Shown here piece after piece: positions 43,620 through 53,538 of a stretch of DNA of 64,000 bases. The stretch comes from an uncultured archaeon (GTDB lineage: Archaea > Aenigmatarchaeota > Aenigmatarchaeia > CAZXUR01), in contig CAZXUR010000001.1 in the NCBI GenBank assembly GCA_964644245.1, forward strand, positions 17,047-81,046. Direction: 5' to 3'. Position 1 is the stretch's first letter. Each line of letters opens with the position of its first letter. Made by a program: the position numbers and the translations under genes. Under the pieces are notes generated by a model, which saw only the letters and a list, made by a program, of their open reading frames with translations, made no database searches and was not told where the DNA came from.

Positions 43620-44615
43620 TTAACTTGTCCTTTGGTCCGTCCAGTTCTTCAGTCTCCCCGACAGCACGTACTTCGCCTCTGACAATTCTTCCAGATTCTT
43701 TGAGTTGGTGAAGAACATGGATGCTTTCAGCTCGCTCTCCAACTTTTCCACGTACTTCATGACTGCCTCCTCTCCTCGGTTGAATGCCTTGAGGAAGGGC
43801 AAAGCAGCCCCGCACAGATTCGCTCCCAAAGCCAGGGATTTTGCAACGTCCAAGCCGGTCCTTATACCTCCGGTGGCAATCAGTGGAAGTCCCACTTCCC
43901 TGGTCTCGGTTATGGAAGCGGCGGTGGGGATTCCCCAGTCCCTGAAGACCTCAGTATTCTTCCCGGTCCTCAGACCTTCCACGTATATCCAGTTTGTGCC
44001 TCCGTAGCCTCCCAAATCCAGGGCAGAGACTTTTGCCTTTTTCAGCCTTTCGGCGGTCTCCCTGCTGACCCCGAAACCGACTTCTTTCGCGATTACAGGG
44101 CATATTTTCCTGGCGTCCTTCAGCAGGTCGAACGACTCGGACCAGTCCAGGTCAGACTCTCCCGACTTCTGAAAGTACTCCTGGGGCGCGTTCAGATGCA
44201 CGCACAAGGCGTCCACTCCCATTTTTTCCACAGCTTCTTCGATTTCCTCCTTCTCAAAGTCCTTCAGGGAAGACACACCCAGATTGCCCAGCAGTAGCGC
44301 CTTGGGAGCTACGTCCCTGACTTTATAGGTGTCCGAAAGGCTGGGGTCCTCGAGCATGGCCTTCATAGAACCCAGTCCGAAGGCCAGTCCCTTTTTCTCA
44401 GCCACCCCAGCCAGAGTCTTGTTGACCTCAGTCACTTCCTCGGCACCTCCGGTCATGCCTGCTATAACCAGAGGAAGTGAGAGTTCCTTGTCCATGAACT
44501 CTAATTTAGTCTCCACTTTCCTGAAATCAATCTCCGGCAAGGCGTTGTGCAGAAGCCTAACATCGTCCAGCCAGTTGTCGTTGGAATCAACATCCCTCTG
44601 CAAACAGAAACGCAA
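43620..44615 (-). CDS. fni: isopentenyl-diphosphate delta-isomerase, type 2 (FMN-dependent)
   Basis: PLVIAGMTGG, LDLGGYGGTNW, ATGGIRTG motifs. Apparent TTG start. Confidence 0.9.
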   Translation of the reverse strand: MRFCLQRDVDSNDNWLDDVRLLHNALPEIDFRKVETKLEFMDKELSLPLVIAGMTGGAEEVTEVNKTLAGVAEKKGLAFGLGSMKAMLEDPSLSDTYKVRDVAPKALLLGNLGVSSLKDFEKEEIEEAVEKMGVDALCVHLNAPQEYFQKSGESDLDWSESFDLLKDARKICPVIAKEVGFGVSRETAERLKKAKVSALDLGGYGGTNWIYVEGLRTGKNTEVFRDWGIPTAASITETREVGLPLIATGGIRTGLDVAKSLALGANLCGAALPFLKAFNRGEEAVMKYVEKLESELKASMFFTNSKNLEELSEAKYVLSGRLKNWTDQRTS

Positions 44616-44677
44616 ATGGTCTATTTTTCTCAGGCGTGTGTTCGTACTTTTTTTATATGACTTCTCGGTGGCCTTGC

Positions 44678-45469
44678 TCAGAATCTCACCACAGTTCCCT
44701 TTACATCCCTATCCTTTAATGCCTTTTCAACCCTCCCGGGAACCAGCCCGTTTATTATCACTGACTCTACTCCCTCTTCTGCCAGCACCAGTAATTTCTC
44801 CAACTTGTTGTACATGCCTCCGGTCACGTCCGTGCTGGAGGAACCGCCGAGACTCTTCCGGACCTCTTCCAGGTTGTCCCTGGTCACAAGTGGAATCAAC
44901 TCTGCGTCCGGGTCTTTCTTTGGGTCAGTAGTGAATATGCCGTCCACGTCAGTCACATGAATCATCTTCTCTGCCTCCAGTTCCTTTCCCAGGTAAGGAC
45001 CTATTTCATCTCCGGAGAGAATAGAACATCCCTGGTCCTTGTCGTAGGCGGGCACACCGTAAAGTACTGGAACCAGTCCCACCTCCAGAAAACCCTTCAC
45101 AGCATCCAAATTCATGGAAGATATTCTTCCACTCTCCATGACCACGTTTGAAGAGGCCTGGCAGGGTGTAGCCGGGACTCCTTCTTCTATCAACTTTTCT
45201 GTGACGATACAGTCCAACTCGTTCTGGAGCCTTTGGGTCTTGGCAAAGTCGACCAGATGTCTTTCAGCCTTGATACCGTTCCCTATCCCGGTCCTCTTTA
45301 CGATGGGATGACCGTACGAACCGGCTCCGTGTATAAGTATCAATTTGTCTTTCCCTAGGGATCGTCCTATCTCACTGCAAATCCGGTCCAAAGTCTCCTC
45401 GTCCAATTTAGGACTGTCAGAATCCTTGCAAGCGAACACAGCTCCGCCGATTTTAAGTATTTTTAACAT
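44678..45469 (-). CDS. isopentenyl phosphate kinase
   Basis: MLKILKIGGAV, HGAGSYGH and TDVDGIFT amino-acid-kinase-fold motifs. Overlaps the AcnX small subunit 3' end. Confidence 0.88.
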   Translation of the reverse strand: MLKILKIGGAVFACKDSDSPKLDEETLDRICSEIGRSLGKDKLILIHGAGSYGHPIVKRTGIGNGIKAERHLVDFAKTQRLQNELDCIVTEKLIEEGVPATPCQASSNVVMESGRISSMNLDAVKGFLEVGLVPVLYGVPAYDKDQGCSILSGDEIGPYLGKELEAEKMIHVTDVDGIFTTDPKKDPDAELIPLVTRDNLEEVRKSLGGSSSTDVTGGMYNKLEKLLVLAEEGVESVIINGLVPGRVEKALKDRDVKGTVVRF

Positions 45470-45848
45470 CCACCACGCCTCTATTGCCATCGACCATTAC
45501 CCTGTCTCCTGTCTTTAGTTTTTTTATGTCTATCTTGTCAACACATGGTATCCCGGCCAGGATGACCCCTGTCGCTACAATAGTTTCGGTCTCTTGGTTG
45601 ACTATAGCTGCTGGGGCAACGCCATTCTTTTTGAGACCGTAAATCACATAGGAACCGACTGTAGAGCCTTTGCCGTTGGGAAAAACCAACACTTTATCCT
45701 TGACGTTCCTGCCTTCCAGAGAATGCCCCTTCTCGATAACCTCCCCTGTTTTTGGGTCTATGCCGCCGTAGAAACCTACGGGTTCTTCTGACTTTATTAC
45801 CTCTCCTTTAACTTTGCCCTTTGAAATAGACCTCCCGTCAAGTTTCAT
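45453..45848 (-). CDS. phosphomevalonate dehydratase small subunit (AcnX small, DUF126)
   Basis: ATG at 45848 (ATGA overlap with the large subunit). VLVFPNGKGSTVGSYVIYGL motif. Confidence 0.85.
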   Translation of the reverse strand: MKLDGRSISKGKVKGEVIKSEEPVGFYGGIDPKTGEVIEKGHSLEGRNVKDKVLVFPNGKGSTVGSYVIYGLKKNGVAPAAIVNQETETIVATGVILAGIPCVDKIDIKKLKTGDRVMVDGNRGVVDVKNT

Positions 45849-47017
45849 GACGCTCCCTCCACAAGCTCTTTCAATGAAGAGAAGACTACTTTCTGCTTGC
45901 AGAAACCGGGCAGGTAGGCAGCGGCCTTGCCAGAGTTCGTGCCTACACACTTGAAGCCCATGTCTTCGATTGGTGACACGACCATGCAGGTATCGCATAC
46001 TACATGACCGCCAGCTTTTTCTATAATCTTTGTGAAACCCATCTTATCAGACCATACTTTCATTGCTCTGGAAGTGCACACCCACAACGGCTTTTTTACC
46101 GATTTCCCTTTCAACAGCCGAGATACTTTTCTGATCTCGGTTATGGATGCGTGAGGACATCCTATCACAACTAAATCCGGTTCTTCACCGGTGTTCAACA
46201 CGTCTTTAGTCTTTTCGTAATTCTCGTCTCCGAATTCTAAAGTCTCCAGTTTCTCATCCCAGTCAGAGTCTGGTGTCAATCCTTCCACATAGTAAAGAGC
46301 GACGGCACCGGATGCAGCCATAGCAGCACCCAGGGCTTTAAGCTGGTCTGTGGAAGCCCTTTTGATGCCTGTGAACAAAGGAATCTTGTCCTTCACCACA
46401 CCTCCCACATAATTGCCGAGCAGCCCGAAGTCCGAAGATGTCTCCAGTTTTTTCTCAACATTTATCATATAATCTGGTTTTCTGTTCTCATCCAGATGCA
46501 AGCCGTGCTTGGGGGTGAAGCCGCATATACCTGCAGCCAGAGCAGAAGGACCACCCTCCCGGTTCGTCCTCGCTCCGATGACAGAGTTGGCAAAAGACAC
46601 TGCAGAGGATTCACTCCATGCGAGGTGCTCCTTGTATCTGGGAAGGTTTCCCAACAAATAAGGCGTGCAACTGGCAGTCAAAACAATACCCATCTTTCTG
46701 AAAGCAGAGATTATCCTTTTCTGTTTCTCGGCAAAGGCTTGAGGAAAACCCACGTCCTTCCAATCGATCAAGTCGATGCCAGCTGGATTGAGAAAGGTTG
46801 GAACAGAAACCTTTGCTCCTTCCTCGGCAAAACCCTCCAGAAACTCCAGACCTGGGTCACCTATGGACTTGTAGGAGACTCCTGCGGCCTGGGCCGAACC
46901 AACGGGAACCATCTCTTCTGCTCCGTAGATGTCTCCCAATTTGACTAGGAGCTCCATAGCCTTTTGTCTAGCTCCACCTGCCCTCAGAAGAGATTCCTGC
47001 TCTTTGGTCAGATACAT
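45845..47017 (-). CDS. phosphomevalonate dehydratase large subunit (AcnX large, DUF521)
   Basis: 390-aa aconitase-X fold pattern (SCTPYLLGN, GCPHAS, CDTCMVV Cys ligands). Confidence 0.88.
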   Translation of the reverse strand: MYLTKEQESLLRAGGARQKAMELLVKLGDIYGAEEMVPVGSAQAAGVSYKSIGDPGLEFLEGFAEEGAKVSVPTFLNPAGIDLIDWKDVGFPQAFAEKQKRIISAFRKMGIVLTASCTPYLLGNLPRYKEHLAWSESSAVSFANSVIGARTNREGGPSALAAGICGFTPKHGLHLDENRKPDYMINVEKKLETSSDFGLLGNYVGGVVKDKIPLFTGIKRASTDQLKALGAAMAASGAVALYYVEGLTPDSDWDEKLETLEFGDENYEKTKDVLNTGEEPDLVVIGCPHASITEIRKVSRLLKGKSVKKPLWVCTSRAMKVWSDKMGFTKIIEKAGGHVVCDTCMVVSPIEDMGFKCVGTNSGKAAAYLPGFCKQKVVFSSLKELVEGAS

Positions 47018-47021
47018 GTAA

Positions 47022-48323
47022 TCACAGATAGTCCTTTGGGTTTATCTTGTCCTCCAGAGGGACGACTGCTCTCTCAAAATTCTCTTTAGGCTTGTCCAAA
47101 GGAATGGTCGCGTCTATTATCCACTTGTCCGTGGTCTTGTTTGGGTTTTGAGTCTTGTCCAGAGATGAACCGGTCGCCCCTTTTATTATCGTCACGTCCT
47201 TACTGGGTTGAACTCTGGTCGCAATCGCCCATTCCACTTCGTCTGCGCTCGACGGGTCCACATCCGGGTCAACGACTACGACTCTCTTCATGCTCGGGTG
47301 GGCGGCCAAGGCAGCGAGGCCAGTGTTCTTACCGTCACCTTCTTTCCTCTTGGCTATCTGGACCACACCATGCAACCATGAACAACCGCCGAGAGACAGG
47401 ACCACGTTCTTCACAGTAGGAATGGTATTCTGGACTATCTTGAAAATCCTTGGTTCCTGGGGAAGCCCCATGAGTATCTTGTGTTCCTGACCTCCGGGGA
47501 GTATTACCTGATATATGGGGTCTTCCTTGGTGTATACCTTGTCCACCTCCAGGACAGGTTCCTGACGCACAGTGTCGTGAGTACCAGTCAAGTCAACGAA
47601 CGGCCCTTCCTCCCCCTTCTTGGGAGTAAGTCTTCCTCTCAAAACGATTTCAGCGTCTGGAATCCTGAATCCGTCCAGTTCGTTCAAGACCAGTTTCCCG
47701 TCCATCAGTGCATTGGCAAATTCCAATTCGTCTAAATCGGGTGAATAGGAAGTTGCACCTGCTATTGAAACGCAGGGATTCACACCATTTACGACCGCTA
47801 CTTCCAAATCCTTTCCCTTTTCGCAGGCCTTGTTGTAGATTTCGTACAAATGTCTTGGCACGATACGGACAGACATCTTGTTGTCCTTCAGAAACATGGT
47901 CCTATGGAAAGAAGCGTTCTGCACACCCGTGTCCGGGTCCTTGACGATGAATATGCAAGAAGATGTGTACACCCGGTCCATCTTCTGATAGTATATCATG
48001 AGGGGCATCTCTTTGAGCAGGTTGGGTTCTGATACCGCCTTTGGATAACTCGCCTTTGAAACCTTACATTTAATCGGGTTGTCTAAAGACTCAGACATTT
48101 TCTGAATGATTTCATCCTTACCCACACCCAAAGCAGATGCGACCAAGTCTCTGGAAGAACAGACTCCTGAAACAATCCTCCATCCAGGGTGTCCTTTTAC
48201 CTTTTCAAAAGCAGCAATGTTCCCATCCGTTCTGGAAATCAGGGCAGCTGCCTCGTATTTGGTAGAAACCGGTTTCTTGAAAACAACCTTCTTCTGGTTT
48301 TCAAGGAATGTCCTCAAAGACAT
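47022..48323 (-). CDS. UbiD-family decarboxylase (anhydromevalonate phosphate decarboxylase candidate)
   Basis: 433-aa UbiD-like protein, directly between mvk and acnX. The functional call rests on context. Confidence 0.85.
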   Translation of the reverse strand: MSLRTFLENQKKVVFKKPVSTKYEAAALISRTDGNIAAFEKVKGHPGWRIVSGVCSSRDLVASALGVGKDEIIQKMSESLDNPIKCKVSKASYPKAVSEPNLLKEMPLMIYYQKMDRVYTSSCIFIVKDPDTGVQNASFHRTMFLKDNKMSVRIVPRHLYEIYNKACEKGKDLEVAVVNGVNPCVSIAGATSYSPDLDELEFANALMDGKLVLNELDGFRIPDAEIVLRGRLTPKKGEEGPFVDLTGTHDTVRQEPVLEVDKVYTKEDPIYQVILPGGQEHKILMGLPQEPRIFKIVQNTIPTVKNVVLSLGGCSWLHGVVQIAKRKEGDGKNTGLAALAAHPSMKRVVVVDPDVDPSSADEVEWAIATRVQPSKDVTIIKGATGSSLDKTQNPNKTTDKWIIDATIPLDKPKENFERAVVPLEDKINPKDYL

Positions 48324-48354
48324 TTAACCACCAATTATCTTTAGGGGCAAAACT

Positions 48355-49335
48355 TTAATCCTCAATCCTGACTCCTTCTACGCCCAGGTCGGTTTTCCAG
48401 GGTTCATAACCCAAATCATTCACTTTTCCAACCAGTTTGTCCCCGTCAGGATGGTAGCAAATCATAATTCCCCCTCCACCGGCTCCCGACAGTTTGGCTG
48501 CGCCTCCAAGTTCGGAAAGTTTTTCCTGAGCCGAATTCATCAATGCCCCGACCGACCCAAAGTCCTTCTTCTTCAAAGCCTCTCTCATCTGACAGGCTGC
48601 TTTGCCCAAATCTCTGACCCTCGGATTCCTGTAGCTCGGGTCCAGCTCCCTGACTATATCCACCATGCCCCTGGTGTCTTTCTCCGGTTCTTTGGTATAG
48701 ACCAGGACAAAATTCTTCAACTGGTAGGGAACCTCCTCTCTCAGAGATTCGATTACGTTCGGTTTTCCTTTCCTGAACCACATCATTCCTCCGTAGCAAC
48801 ATGTCGAATTATCACCACCGCTCGGGGTACCGTGGGCAAACTTCTCTGTTTCGTAAGCGATTTCATTCAGGGAATCTTCTGTGATTGGTTCACCATAAAC
48901 TTCTGATATGGTTTTTGGTATCACCACGGACAATGCGGCCGAAGAGCCTAGCCCAGCCCCCAAGGGTATCTGGGATTCAATCTCCAGAGACACTCCAGAC
49001 TCCACCCCCAAAGACTCCAAACTCTTCCCTATAATTCCCTTGGTATGGTTCATTGTGTCCTCTTCGAGTGCTTCATTCAAAGCTCTGAAATCACCCCGGT
49101 CAAAACCATCTTCCCATAAATCATCCAACTGTTTTGTGAATGACATCACATCTTCCAGTGCATACCTCCTCTTTCCAAAGCGTTTGTCATCGATGTGAAC
49201 ATAATCATTCTCTTTGCCAGCAACATTAATTCTCATCCCGACGGCCGAGATTATGGCTGGTTCTCCGTAGACTACCGAGTGTTCACCGATTAAATGCACT
49301 TTTCCAGGAGCAGATGCCTCAATCAATTTTCTCAC
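48355..49335 (-). CDS. mvk: mevalonate kinase
   Basis: SAPGKVHLIGEHSVVYG and PLGAGLGSSAA GHMP-kinase motifs. GTG start. Confidence 0.9.
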   Translation of the reverse strand: MRKLIEASAPGKVHLIGEHSVVYGEPAIISAVGMRINVAGKENDYVHIDDKRFGKRRYALEDVMSFTKQLDDLWEDGFDRGDFRALNEALEEDTMNHTKGIIGKSLESLGVESGVSLEIESQIPLGAGLGSSAALSVVIPKTISEVYGEPITEDSLNEIAYETEKFAHGTPSGGDNSTCCYGGMMWFRKGKPNVIESLREEVPYQLKNFVLVYTKEPEKDTRGMVDIVRELDPSYRNPRVRDLGKAACQMREALKKKDFGSVGALMNSAQEKLSELGGAAKLSGAGGGGIMICYHPDGDKLVGKVNDLGYEPWKTDLGVEGVRIED

Positions 49336-49355
49336 CTCTTGTTACAATATTTGTA

Positions 49356-50438
49356 TCAGATTTCTCTTTCTACCAAAAAGTCTGCGAATGAACGGAGCTT
49401 GTCCTTGGCCTCTGACTCGGGTAGCAAACTGTCTATGTCGTCCCAGGCCTCCTTGACCATGTTTCTCGCAAAGTTTTTGGCGTACTCTATGGAATCGTAC
49501 TTCTTCATTATGTCTATAGCCTCGTTTATGGTCTTCTGGTCCTTGGTGTGCATGTTCAGTATCTCCAGCAGACGTTTTCTGTCCTTCTCACCGGCCTTGT
49601 CAAGTGTGTGGATGACTATCAGTGTCCTTTTCCCTTCGGTTATGTCAAAGCCGACCAGTCCCACACCTTTCGCATATTCCTGGCTAGTGAGGTTTATTAT
49701 ATCGTCCTGAATCTGAAAAGCCACTCCTATGGACTCAGCCAAGTGACCTACTTTCTTCACCATCCTGTCGTTAGTTCCTGCCAAAATGGCAGCGATTTTC
49801 GCGGACATCCTCGCCAGAGTGCCGGTCTTGAACGCGCACATCTGCAGGTACTCTTCCTTTGTTACTTTATCAGCGTTCGCCAGGCCCTTGTGCCAGGAAA
49901 TGTCCATGGCCTGCCCGTAGCAAAGGTTCATCATCTCCTGTATATAGGTCTCGTAGACTTTGTTTATGACCTTGTCCGGGAACTTGTTCTTGTTGAGCAT
50001 AGCCACTACCATCGGCAAGTAATACATAGCATCTCCGGTGTTTATGGCGATGTCGTTGCCGAACACCTTGTAGGTGCACGGCTTGCCCCTTCTTTTCTCA
50101 CTCTTATCCTCTATGTCATCGTGCATCAAAGTGCCATTATGTATGATTTCAGGAATGACTACGAAGTCGAACACCTTCTCCGGGTCTCCTCCCAGTGCCT
50201 CGCAAACCAACAGGAAAAGGGTCGGTCTCCATCTCTTGCCGCCCCGGTCCAAGAACTCCCAGATGGGCTCGCTTATACCCTTGTTCGCCGCTTCCACATG
50301 GAACTTGAACTGGGGTTCGCCGTAGATTCTCTCAAGAGTTCTCTGGTTATGTTTTCTGGGAATGTACTTTTCTATGGCCTTGTCTATCAAAGGCTTTTTC
50401 TCCTTGAGTATCTGCCTTATGTCCTTCTTTTTTTCCAT
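49356..50438 (-). CDS. idsA: (E)-polyprenyl diphosphate synthase, GGPP synthase-like
   Basis: ATG at 50438. First Asp-rich motif MHDDIEDKSEKRRG, second FQIQDDIINL. Confidence 0.9.
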   Translation of the reverse strand: MEKKKDIRQILKEKKPLIDKAIEKYIPRKHNQRTLERIYGEPQFKFHVEAANKGISEPIWEFLDRGGKRWRPTLFLLVCEALGGDPEKVFDFVVIPEIIHNGTLMHDDIEDKSEKRRGKPCTYKVFGNDIAINTGDAMYYLPMVVAMLNKNKFPDKVINKVYETYIQEMMNLCYGQAMDISWHKGLANADKVTKEEYLQMCAFKTGTLARMSAKIAAILAGTNDRMVKKVGHLAESIGVAFQIQDDIINLTSQEYAKGVGLVGFDITEGKRTLIVIHTLDKAGEKDRKRLLEILNMHTKDQKTINEAIDIMKKYDSIEYAKNFARNMVKEAWDDIDSLLPESEAKDKLRSFADFLVEREI

Positions 50439-50579
50439 AAAATTTAGATGAGGCAATAGTTTTTATACCTTTCTTCACCCCATACGACAATCGTCTAACA
50501 CGTATACGACCAACAACGAAGAGCGTAAAGGCAACTTCACTGAAACACGAACTTAAATGTTTCCAGAAAAAATAGGGAT

Positions 50580-50990
50580 ATGAAGTACAAAGTCATCGAG
50601 GACCTGAAGTCAGACGTGCTGTACGAGGCATACGGAAAGGACAAGGAAGAACTGTTCGAAAACGCGGCCGAAGGCTTGTTCTCAATAATCTGCCAGATTG
50701 AGAAGGTGGAACCAAAGAAAAAGAAGGAGATAGAGGTAGAGGGTGAGGACCCGGAGGACCTTATGTTCAACTGGCTGCAAGAACTGATAACCGCGGTGGA
50801 CGTGGACGAAATGTTCTTTTCTGAGTTCAGAATCAAAGAACTGGAAGACACCCACCTGAAGGCAATTTGCCTGGGAGAAAGCACTTCACCTGAGAAGGGA
50901 GAGACCGTGGTCAAGGCCTTGACCTACTACAAGTACGGTCTCAAAAAAACCAAGAAAGGATATAAGGTCACGGTCTCTCTGGATATTTAA
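50580..50990 (+). CDS. archease (RtcB activator)
   Basis: KVIEDLKSDVLYEAYGKDKEELFENAAEGLF...VKALTYYKY. Convergent with rtcB, overlapping it by 4 nt. Confidence 0.9.
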   Translation: MKYKVIEDLKSDVLYEAYGKDKEELFENAAEGLFSIICQIEKVEPKKKKEIEVEGEDPEDLMFNWLQELITAVDVDEMFFSEFRIKELEDTHLKAICLGESTSPEKGETVVKALTYYKYGLKKTKKGYKVTVSLDI

Positions 50991-52393
50991 CCCTTGAGAA
51001 CTCCGACCGGCTTCACGCGTACGACTTTCTTCGAAATACCGGCTCCGTGCACACTATCCACCACATCGTTCACTTTCTTGTAAGCACCGGGACTCTCTTC
51101 TGCCAGTATCTTTGGATGGGTGGACTTTGCTACTATCCCTTTGGAGGCCAGGTCCTTCTTCACCGTTTCTCCCCAGAATTTCTTGATGGCAGAACGTCTT
51201 GACATGGCCCTTCCTGCTCCGTGGACAGTGCTCCCAAAAGTCTTCTCCATGGACTTTTTAGCCCCCTTCATGATGTGGGAAGCAGTCCCCATTGTCCCTG
51301 CCAGCAGGACCGGGTCGCCTGGGAATGCCCTAGTGGCGCCTTTGCGGTGGACGTACAGTTTCTTCTTCTTGCCTCCGACCTGATGTTCCTCGAGTTTTAT
51401 GACGTTGTGGCAGAGGCCGTAGACGGTGTGCATGTCCATTTTCTCCCATTCCTTGTTGAACACTTTCTCAAACACTTCCCTTATCCACTGGGTCATGACC
51501 AGCCGGTTGGTGAATGAATAGTTGACCGCGCACTTCATGGCAGCTAAATAATCCTGCCCTTCCTCTGAGTCAGCCGGAGCGCAGGCCAGCTGCTTGTCGG
51601 GTAGCCAGATGTCGTACTTCTTGGCTGCCCGTTCTTGGATTTTGAGATAGTCTGTTGCCACCTGGTGCCCAAAACCCCTGGAACCGCAGTGAAGCATGAG
51701 CAATATCTGGTCTTCGTCGCCAATGTCCCATTTCTTTGCGGTGGACTTGTCGTACACATCTGCCACTCTCTGCACTTCAAGGAAATGGTTTCCGGCTCCC
51801 AGAGTTCCCAACTGTGGCCTTCCTCTCTTCTTGGCCTTGTCAGAAACCTTGGACGGGTCTGCTCCTTTCATGTGTCCGTTCTCTTCCGTGTGCTTTGCAT
51901 CGTCCTTTACTCCGTATCCGTTGTCGATTGCCCAGTCCACGCCCCTCTTCAAGACTTGCTCCATCTGGTCGGTAGACAGTTTCAACTTGCCTTTTGAGCC
52001 CACACCGCAGGGCACGACTGAGAACAGTTCAGAAATGAGTTCCTTCAGTTTTGGCTTTACATCCTCGTGGGTGAGATTGGTCCTTATAGAATTGACCCCG
52101 CAATTGATGTCGAATCCGCACAGTCCGGCAGATATGATGCCATCCTCTGCGTCGAAGGCACTGACCGCACCCATGGGTATTCCGTAACCGAAGTGCATGT
52201 CGGAAAGTCCTATCACCGGCTCAATCACTCCGGGCAGACAGGCCACGTTGGTCAATTGCTGAACCGCGTCTTCGTCCACTCCTTCTATTATGCGTTTATT
52301 CCCTATGATTTTGGCTTTGACGCGCATCTTAGGCCTGACGTCCTTTCCCAACTCCCATTCGTAGTCATTCAGTCGCTTCAGTTTCTTCTTCAT
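50987..52393 (-). CDS. rtcB: RNA 3'-phosphate ligase RtcB (tRNA splicing ligase)
   Basis: GYGIPMGAV, GFDINCG, LGAGNHFLE, HCGSRGFGHQ, GTMGT, HGAGR motifs. Confidence 0.95.
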   Translation of the reverse strand: MKKKLKRLNDYEWELGKDVRPKMRVKAKIIGNKRIIEGVDEDAVQQLTNVACLPGVIEPVIGLSDMHFGYGIPMGAVSAFDAEDGIISAGLCGFDINCGVNSIRTNLTHEDVKPKLKELISELFSVVPCGVGSKGKLKLSTDQMEQVLKRGVDWAIDNGYGVKDDAKHTEENGHMKGADPSKVSDKAKKRGRPQLGTLGAGNHFLEVQRVADVYDKSTAKKWDIGDEDQILLMLHCGSRGFGHQVATDYLKIQERAAKKYDIWLPDKQLACAPADSEEGQDYLAAMKCAVNYSFTNRLVMTQWIREVFEKVFNKEWEKMDMHTVYGLCHNVIKLEEHQVGGKKKKLYVHRKGATRAFPGDPVLLAGTMGTASHIMKGAKKSMEKTFGSTVHGAGRAMSRRSAIKKFWGETVKKDLASKGIVAKSTHPKILAEESPGAYKKVNDVVDSVHGAGISKKVVRVKPVGVLKG

Positions 52394-52475
52394 GCTCGCA
52401 CCTATCCCTATTAGGAATGATAGTTTTAAAAGTTTATAGAAACTCGGGACTAAAAATCATCAGGGCTGTGAAGGG

Positions 52476-52661
52476 TTAACGGATAACTTTTGCTTGATAT
52501 TTTCCAGAAATTCCTCTCCAGTTCTCTAACTTTATCAGCTCTGGTTCTGCCCTTTTATACACACTTCCGTGGATTTCTCTAACATTCTCAGGTGGGACGG
52601 TGTAAGTTCTTGGTTCAGTATCGTCTTCTCTGTGTTCATTCATAATTTTCTTTTCCCTCAA
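52476..52661 (-). CDS. hypothetical protein
   Basis: 61 aa. Overlaps the 3' end of the upstream ATPase gene. Confidence 0.35.
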   Translation of the reverse strand: MREKKIMNEHREDDTEPRTYTVPPENVREIHGSVYKRAEPELIKLENWRGISGKYQAKVIR

Positions 52662-53154
52662 TCTCTAAATGCTTTAAAACCAGGTCCGCTCTGTCCTTTA
52701 TGCCCACTGGAGGCAGGGAGACTGGCTTGTATCCCAGACTCCTGTAAACCTTCTTCAGAATTCTATGCGCCTTTGCGGCGTTCTCCGGGTTTTCCCGGAC
52801 GTTATCGTCCTCGTGTTCCGGAAGTCTTTCTACAAAGAAAATCTGGTCATACCTGTATTTTTTATTAGCCTCGATGAAGCCTTCGGGTACTTTAAGTCCT
52901 TCGAATAAGAGATAGGCAGTAGCGTCGGGTATGCCCCGGTCGTAGAATGTCAAGCCCTCAGTCTTGAACTGTTTTATCTGTTCCTTCAGGACTCTTCTCT
53001 GGAAGGCGGGTCTATCCTCCCGGTGGATGTTCCGGCCGGCCTTGACAATCAGTCTTCTTGCGACTTCTTCCTTCGTCTTGTAGCCTCTGTACTCCAGTTC
53101 TTTCAGCAGAGCGCTCTTGCCGTATCCGTCCCCACCGGTGATGACCACTCTCAT
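52636..53154 (-). CDS. small P-loop NTPase (AAA_28/NadR-kinase-like)
   Basis: MRVVITGGDGYGKSALLKEL Walker A; 172 aa. Confidence 0.6.
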   Translation of the reverse strand: MRVVITGGDGYGKSALLKELEYRGYKTKEEVARRLIVKAGRNIHREDRPAFQRRVLKEQIKQFKTEGLTFYDRGIPDATAYLLFEGLKVPEGFIEANKKYRYDQIFFVERLPEHEDDNVRENPENAAKAHRILKKVYRSLGYKPVSLPPVGIKDRADLVLKHLEIEGKENYE

Positions 53155-53417
53155 AACATATTTTTGTCTTCAGTCCTTAAAATTATTTCCGGCACGCTCT
53201 CCCTTTCCACGCCCATCAGGTGGTCCACTGTCTTTACGGGGCGGGGATCGCTCCTCCTGATTCTCGACCTGAATGACACCTTCAGGGCATCCGAACGGTT
53301 GCAGTAAACACCGTCCTCGACTTCCTTCCCCTCACAATCGTTTATTATGTAGAATCTGTCTGTCTCGCTCCTTTCGCATATGGGAGTTTCGCCTGGTCTG
53401 TAGTAGTTGCATGTCAT
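53151..53417 (-). CDS. hypothetical protein (4 Cys)
   Basis: 88 aa. ATGA overlap with the downstream P-loop gene. Confidence 0.4.
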   Translation of the reverse strand: MTCNYYRPGETPICERSETDRFYIINDCEGKEVEDGVYCNRSDALKVSFRSRIRRSDPRPVKTVDHLMGVERESVPEIILRTEDKNML

Positions 53418-53538
53418 GTCCTGAAAAGGGTTCGTCGGTTTATAAAATTATCCCCAAGAGAATCGTCGAACGTCGTCACGTTTATTGTCGAATCACGGTG
53501 CGGAAGTCTTATATACGGCTAAGCAGAAGGAGATTCTG

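Noticed and set aside
43594-43815. N-terminal extensions of track ORFs (also 23480-23569, 45849-45998, 28802-28876, 7597-7668)
   Set aside because: The extensions overlap upstream genes or promoters and have odd composition. Internal ATGs give canonical N-termini and ATGA coupling.
49548-50447. 299-aa plus-strand ORF
   Set aside because: It lies entirely antisense to the polyprenyl synthase gene, which has both Asp-rich motifs. It is a shadow ORF with no motifs.
50457-50579. Short direct repeats (catacgac / tatacgac) between idsA and archease
   Set aside because: They are too short and degenerate to separate from chance. This is a divergent promoter region.
52401-52475. C/D-box sRNA (CUGAUGA on the minus strand; AAUGAUAG on the plus strand)
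   Set aside because: There are no matching D or D' (CUGA) boxes at the proper spacing. The region is better explained as the rtcB promoter, with an A/T box about 25 nt upstream of 52393.
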